Both the position numbers and the translations under genes were made by a program. DNA of 64,000 nt, from the NCBI GenBank assembly GCA_964542585.1, contig CAZIUI010000002.1, positions 12,117-76,116 on the forward strand, in the 5' to 3' direction. Source of the DNA: an uncultured Sphingobacteriales bacterium. Its GTDB lineage: Bacteria; Bacteroidota; Bacteroidia; CAILMK01; CAYYUA01. Below, one piece after another: positions 60,816 through 64,000 of the stretch. The notes under the pieces were generated by a model, which was not told the DNA's origin, ran no database searches, and saw only the letters and a list, made by a program, of their open reading frames with translations. How positions within the stretch are numbered: the first letter of the stretch is position 1; each line of letters begins with the position of its first letter.

Positions 60816-62120
60816 TTATTGATCAAGTGAGCGACCTATTAATGTCATAGCATTTCGGAACCCAACGTAAGATTTAGCCGTGTCTGCATACTCGTAAGCT
60901 CTAACGCCATTCTGACAATAATACGCAACATCTTTCCATGATCCTCCCCTGATAACCTTTCTAGTTCTGGTTACAGGCTCATTTTCATCAGCATCGTAAT
61001 GGTAATAAGGGTTCATGTCGTTGGTTTTGTCATAAAGAGACTCATTGTAAGCGGTACTTGTCCATTCCGCTACATTTCCTGCCATGCAATAAAGGCCGTA
61101 ATCATTAGGGAAGTAAGAATTCGCTTTTACAGGATAAAAACCACCATCTTCAATATAATTACCTCTTATTGGTTTGAAATTCGCCAGGAAGCATCCGTGG
61201 CGATTACGCGTATACGGGCCACCCCATGGATAGGGGCTAAAATCGCGACCTCCTCGAGCTGCATATTCCCACTCAGCTTCTGTCGGAAGCCTGAACGGAT
61301 TGGCGTCTGGATAGCCTATAGAATTGTAGTAAGCGTTTAGTTTATCTGTACGCCAGTGGGAGAATGCTTTTGCCTGGTGCCAATCGACTCCAACAACCGG
61401 ATAATCATCATAACCGGGGTGCGTGAAATAATACTTAGCCATGGGATCATTGTAAGAATACGTAAAATCCCTTATAAAAGCCAAGGTATCCGGATAGATT
61501 TTCACCTCTTCTTCGTGTATGAACTTCGATCGTTCTACATCTTTCCCAATGTATTTCCGTTTGGCTGCCTCATGAAGATCAAACCACTTATACTTGTAAA
61601 CGAATTTATTGGTGTTAAAACCAGCTTTTTGGTCCAATTTGTTATCACCTTGATAACTTAATTCACTGGTCATATCCTTTGTTTCCTGCTTACCCCATTG
61701 GATAGGTTTTTCCCAGTTAAGTTTAGTTCCTCCTGATTCGGTTTCTTCTAAATGCTCACCGCCCATCTTCTCCTTAGCTATGGAGTCTCTAACCCAGTGA
61801 ACAAACTGGCGATATTCGTTATTCGTAATCTCTGTGTCATCCATAAAGAAAGCCTTAACAGAAACCTGCTTAGGTCTTGCAGTTCTGGAATAAACCACAT
61901 CTTGATCGCTTTGCCCCATTTTAAAAGACCCTGTTGGAACATAAACGGTCCCGTAAGGTTGAGGATGCTTCCAAGGGTCACGACCTTCTACCCCGGTTAA
62001 TTGTCCCTTAGTACTGCTTAGCCCACAACTCTGAAGAAGCATCATGGCCACGGGCATAAACAATACTATTACAAGCTTTAACCTTCTCATGTGATGTAAT
62101 TTTGTTTTCATAAGATTCAA
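60816..62120 (-). CDS. gldK: Gliding motility / T9SS lipoprotein GldK (PorK), FGE-sulfatase-like domain
   Basis: It has a lipoprotein signal ...LLQSCGL and the formylglycine-generating-enzyme-like motifs RGGSW and HWRTDKLN-like regions. A possible internal start lies at 62090 (MRRLKL...). Confidence 0.85.
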   Translation of the reverse strand: MNLMKTKLHHMRRLKLVIVLFMPVAMMLLQSCGLSSTKGQLTGVEGRDPWKHPQPYGTVYVPTGSFKMGQSDQDVVYSRTARPKQVSVKAFFMDDTEITNNEYRQFVHWVRDSIAKEKMGGEHLEETESGGTKLNWEKPIQWGKQETKDMTSELSYQGDNKLDQKAGFNTNKFVYKYKWFDLHEAAKRKYIGKDVERSKFIHEEEVKIYPDTLAFIRDFTYSYNDPMAKYYFTHPGYDDYPVVGVDWHQAKAFSHWRTDKLNAYYNSIGYPDANPFRLPTEAEWEYAARGGRDFSPYPWGGPYTRNRHGCFLANFKPIRGNYIEDGGFYPVKANSYFPNDYGLYCMAGNVAEWTSTAYNESLYDKTNDMNPYYHYDADENEPVTRTRKVIRGGSWKDVAYYCQNGVRAYEYADTAKSYVGFRNAMTLIGRSLDQ

Positions 62121-62212
62121 CTATTCAAAGCAATTAGTCTCAGATAATGCTATAACTAACAATTACATGGCTGAACGAAGTTAGCAAAAGTTTATTATTG
62201 TCAAATTTTTGA

Positions 62213-63184
62213 CTACAAGAACCTAGGACTCCAGATTGGGAACTCCTCCTTAGGCTGGGGATTGAAACGGAAACAATAGCCTATTAAAAATTCGTGTGTT
62301 CCACCAGATCTTACATCATTAGGAGCAAAAGGAAGATCAAATGAATAACCAAACTTTAGCTTGGGTGTAATGTATAAACCAAGCATCGCACTAAGGGATT
62401 TTTCCCCTACACGATACCCGAGACCTCCCCAGTATTTATCATTCAAAACAGCCCTCCCATTAACATCAGCCTGGATTTTACTACCATCATACTTAATCAA
62501 GGTGCTTGGCTTCAAATCCCAGCTTTCATTCAATTGGTAATTGTACCCACCGGTTAAATAGAAATGGCGTTGGTACTGGCTGTTTCCAGAACCATCCGAC
62601 CATCCTAGATCACCTTGGGGGATACGAAGCACGGAAACACCCGCGTAGTAGTTTTTTGCCTGTAGATAAGCGCCAAAGCCAAGATCCAAAAGAATGTTGG
62701 AAACTTCTTTATTAGGAATTTTAGCATCAGGTCTTACAGTCGGATCCAGCTCGTCCCCATTGAGGGTGGTTTGGATGATACCTGCATTGATACCCAAAGA
62801 TAATCGGCCGTAACCAGTCTGGATGTGATGGCTCCCGGAAGCCACTGCGGAAACGGTATTTTGAAAACCGACTTGATCATTAAAAATGGAAAGGCCAACG
62901 CCCTGAACATATTTATTACCTAAGGGTGCATTTGCGGTGAAAAACTGAGTGTTGGGTGAGCTCCCACCATCTACACCATCAAACCCCGTCCATTGGGAGT
63001 GTTGAAGAAAGTTAGCGCAAATGTGAGTACGATTATTACCCGCAAAAGCAGGATTGTAAGTCATTTCATTAAACATGTAATGACTAAACTGTGGGTCCTG
63101 CTGAGCTTCAGCATCATTGATATGGGACCCAAAGAATGTTAGTAATGCAAAAAGTACAAGTGTGTAGAAAACCTTTTGTCTCAT
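62213..63184 (-). CDS. porP: T9SS membrane protein, PorP/SprF family
   Basis: A signal peptide is followed by QQDPQFSHYMFNEMTYNPAFAGN, the hallmark PorP/SprF N-terminal motif. It lies immediately upstream of gldK. Confidence 0.85.
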   Translation of the reverse strand: MRQKVFYTLVLFALLTFFGSHINDAEAQQDPQFSHYMFNEMTYNPAFAGNNRTHICANFLQHSQWTGFDGVDGGSSPNTQFFTANAPLGNKYVQGVGLSIFNDQVGFQNTVSAVASGSHHIQTGYGRLSLGINAGIIQTTLNGDELDPTVRPDAKIPNKEVSNILLDLGFGAYLQAKNYYAGVSVLRIPQGDLGWSDGSGNSQYQRHFYLTGGYNYQLNESWDLKPSTLIKYDGSKIQADVNGRAVLNDKYWGGLGYRVGEKSLSAMLGLYITPKLKFGYSFDLPFAPNDVRSGGTHEFLIGYCFRFNPQPKEEFPIWSPRFL

Positions 63185-63308
63185 AGAAGTTTTTTGCTTT
63201 CGCTACTCCTGCTGAGCGGTCAAATATACAGATTAATTCCAAATGCCAAAATAAAGTTGGTAAAAAGGCATTGCTTTTATACTAGAAGCAAAAGCATTTA
63301 GAGCACCC

Positions 63309-64000
63309 TTACTTGGCATTATTGTAGCGCTTAACAAATTGTTCCAAAGCCATCTTCATGGAGGGAGCCTGAGGTGAGGGAGCTTCAATGTCCAAGGTTA
63401 ACCCTGCTTTTTTAACCTCTTTACAGGTTTTTGGGCCGAACCCTGCGATCTTTGTATTACCCTGTTCAAAATCGGAGAAGTTTTCCATCAAAGATCGGAT
63501 ACCAGATGGGCTAAAAAAGGCTAGTAAATCATAATTAATATTTCTCAGCTCTGAGAGATCATTGTAAACCGTACGATACATTGTGGCTTCGGTAAACTCC
63601 ACCTTGTATTTTCGGAAGGTCTTTGCAAACTCGTTCTTGCTTACATTAGATTGGGGAATCAGAAATGTTTCCCGCTTATGTTTTATGAGGAGGCTCTCAA
63701 AACTTTTATCCTTGGCTTTAGGAAAGAATACTTTGCGTTTCCTATAAGTGATAAACTTTTGCAGGTAAAGGGCTATAGCTTCAGTGACGCAGAAGTACTT
63801 CATTTCCGCCGGAACCTCAATCCTTAGCTCATCGCATAACCGAAAGAAATGCTCAATAGCAGTTCTGCTTGTCATTACGATAGCAGAGTGTTTAAGGATA
63901 TTGATTTTACTGCGCCTGAATTCTTTGGCAGTAACACCTTCAACCTTAATAAAAGGATAAAAGTCTACTTGAATGTTGTATTTATCTGCCAGCTCCTGAT
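63309..64000 (-). CDS. hemD: Uroporphyrinogen-III synthase (HemD-like); the N-terminus lies beyond the window end
   Basis: The frame stays open upstream of the ORF-track Met at 63875 to nt 64000 (...KHSAIVMTSRTAIEHFF). The second-half motif FFSPSGIRSL is typical of HemD. Confidence 0.6.
   Translation of the reverse strand, partial: QELADKYNIQVDFYPFIKVEGVTAKEFRRSKINILKHSAIVMTSRTAIEHFFRLCDELRIEVPAEMKYFCVTEAIALYLQKFITYRKRKVFFPKAKDKSFESLLIKHKRETFLIPQSNVSKNEFAKTFRKYKVEFTEATMYRTVYNDLSELRNINYDLLAFFSPSGIRSLMENFSDFEQGNTKIAGFGPKTCKEVKKAGLTLDIEAPSPQAPSMKMALEQFVKRYNNAK

Noticed and set aside
1-64000. CRISPR arrays, transposases, integrases and phage genes.
   Set aside because: I scanned the intergenic regions and ORF translations. 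There are no short regularly spaced direct repeats, no DDE or tyrosine-recombinase motifs and no structural phage proteins.

Overview
This is a 64 kb chromosomal segment that looks like a Bacteroidota genome. Features consistent with that include the gldK/L/M/N gliding and type IX secretion (T9SS) genes, a PorP/SprF-family gene, a gene for a DUF1573 protein, a PnuC-family transporter, two OmpH/Skp genes after bamA, and about 42% GC. Most of the window is densely packed housekeeping genes: ffh-rpsP-rimM, aspS, kbl, cysS, hemE-hemH-hemY, lipB, cobB, pdhA, ribH, nadK, uppS-bamA-ompH-ompH-murI, clpX-clpP-tig, relA/spoT, fur, purA and a partial hemD. There are three tRNA genes on the minus strand: Met-CAT, Asp-GTC and Leu-TAG. 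I found no transposase, integrase, CRISPR array or evident prophage or defence island. Four things stand out. (1) Five anciently diverged tandem paralogues of a signal-peptide-bearing beta-barrel-like outer-membrane protein (DUF6089-like) sit exactly where related genomes carry one gene between nadK and uppS-bamA. (2) Two complete TPP (THI-box) riboswitch aptamers lie in tandem ahead of a TonB-dependent receptor. The first is followed by an intrinsic terminator, and a PnuC/PnuT-family transporter gene is encoded convergently next to the receptor. (3) A 1170-aa protein combines PD40/TolB-like propeller repeats with a C-terminal Omp85-type barrel and is co-oriented with a 700-aa VWA-like membrane protein. 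(4) A complete porP-gldK-gldL-gldM-gldN T9SS core operon is present. All calls come from reading the sequence and the supplied six-frame ORF track; no database search was run.
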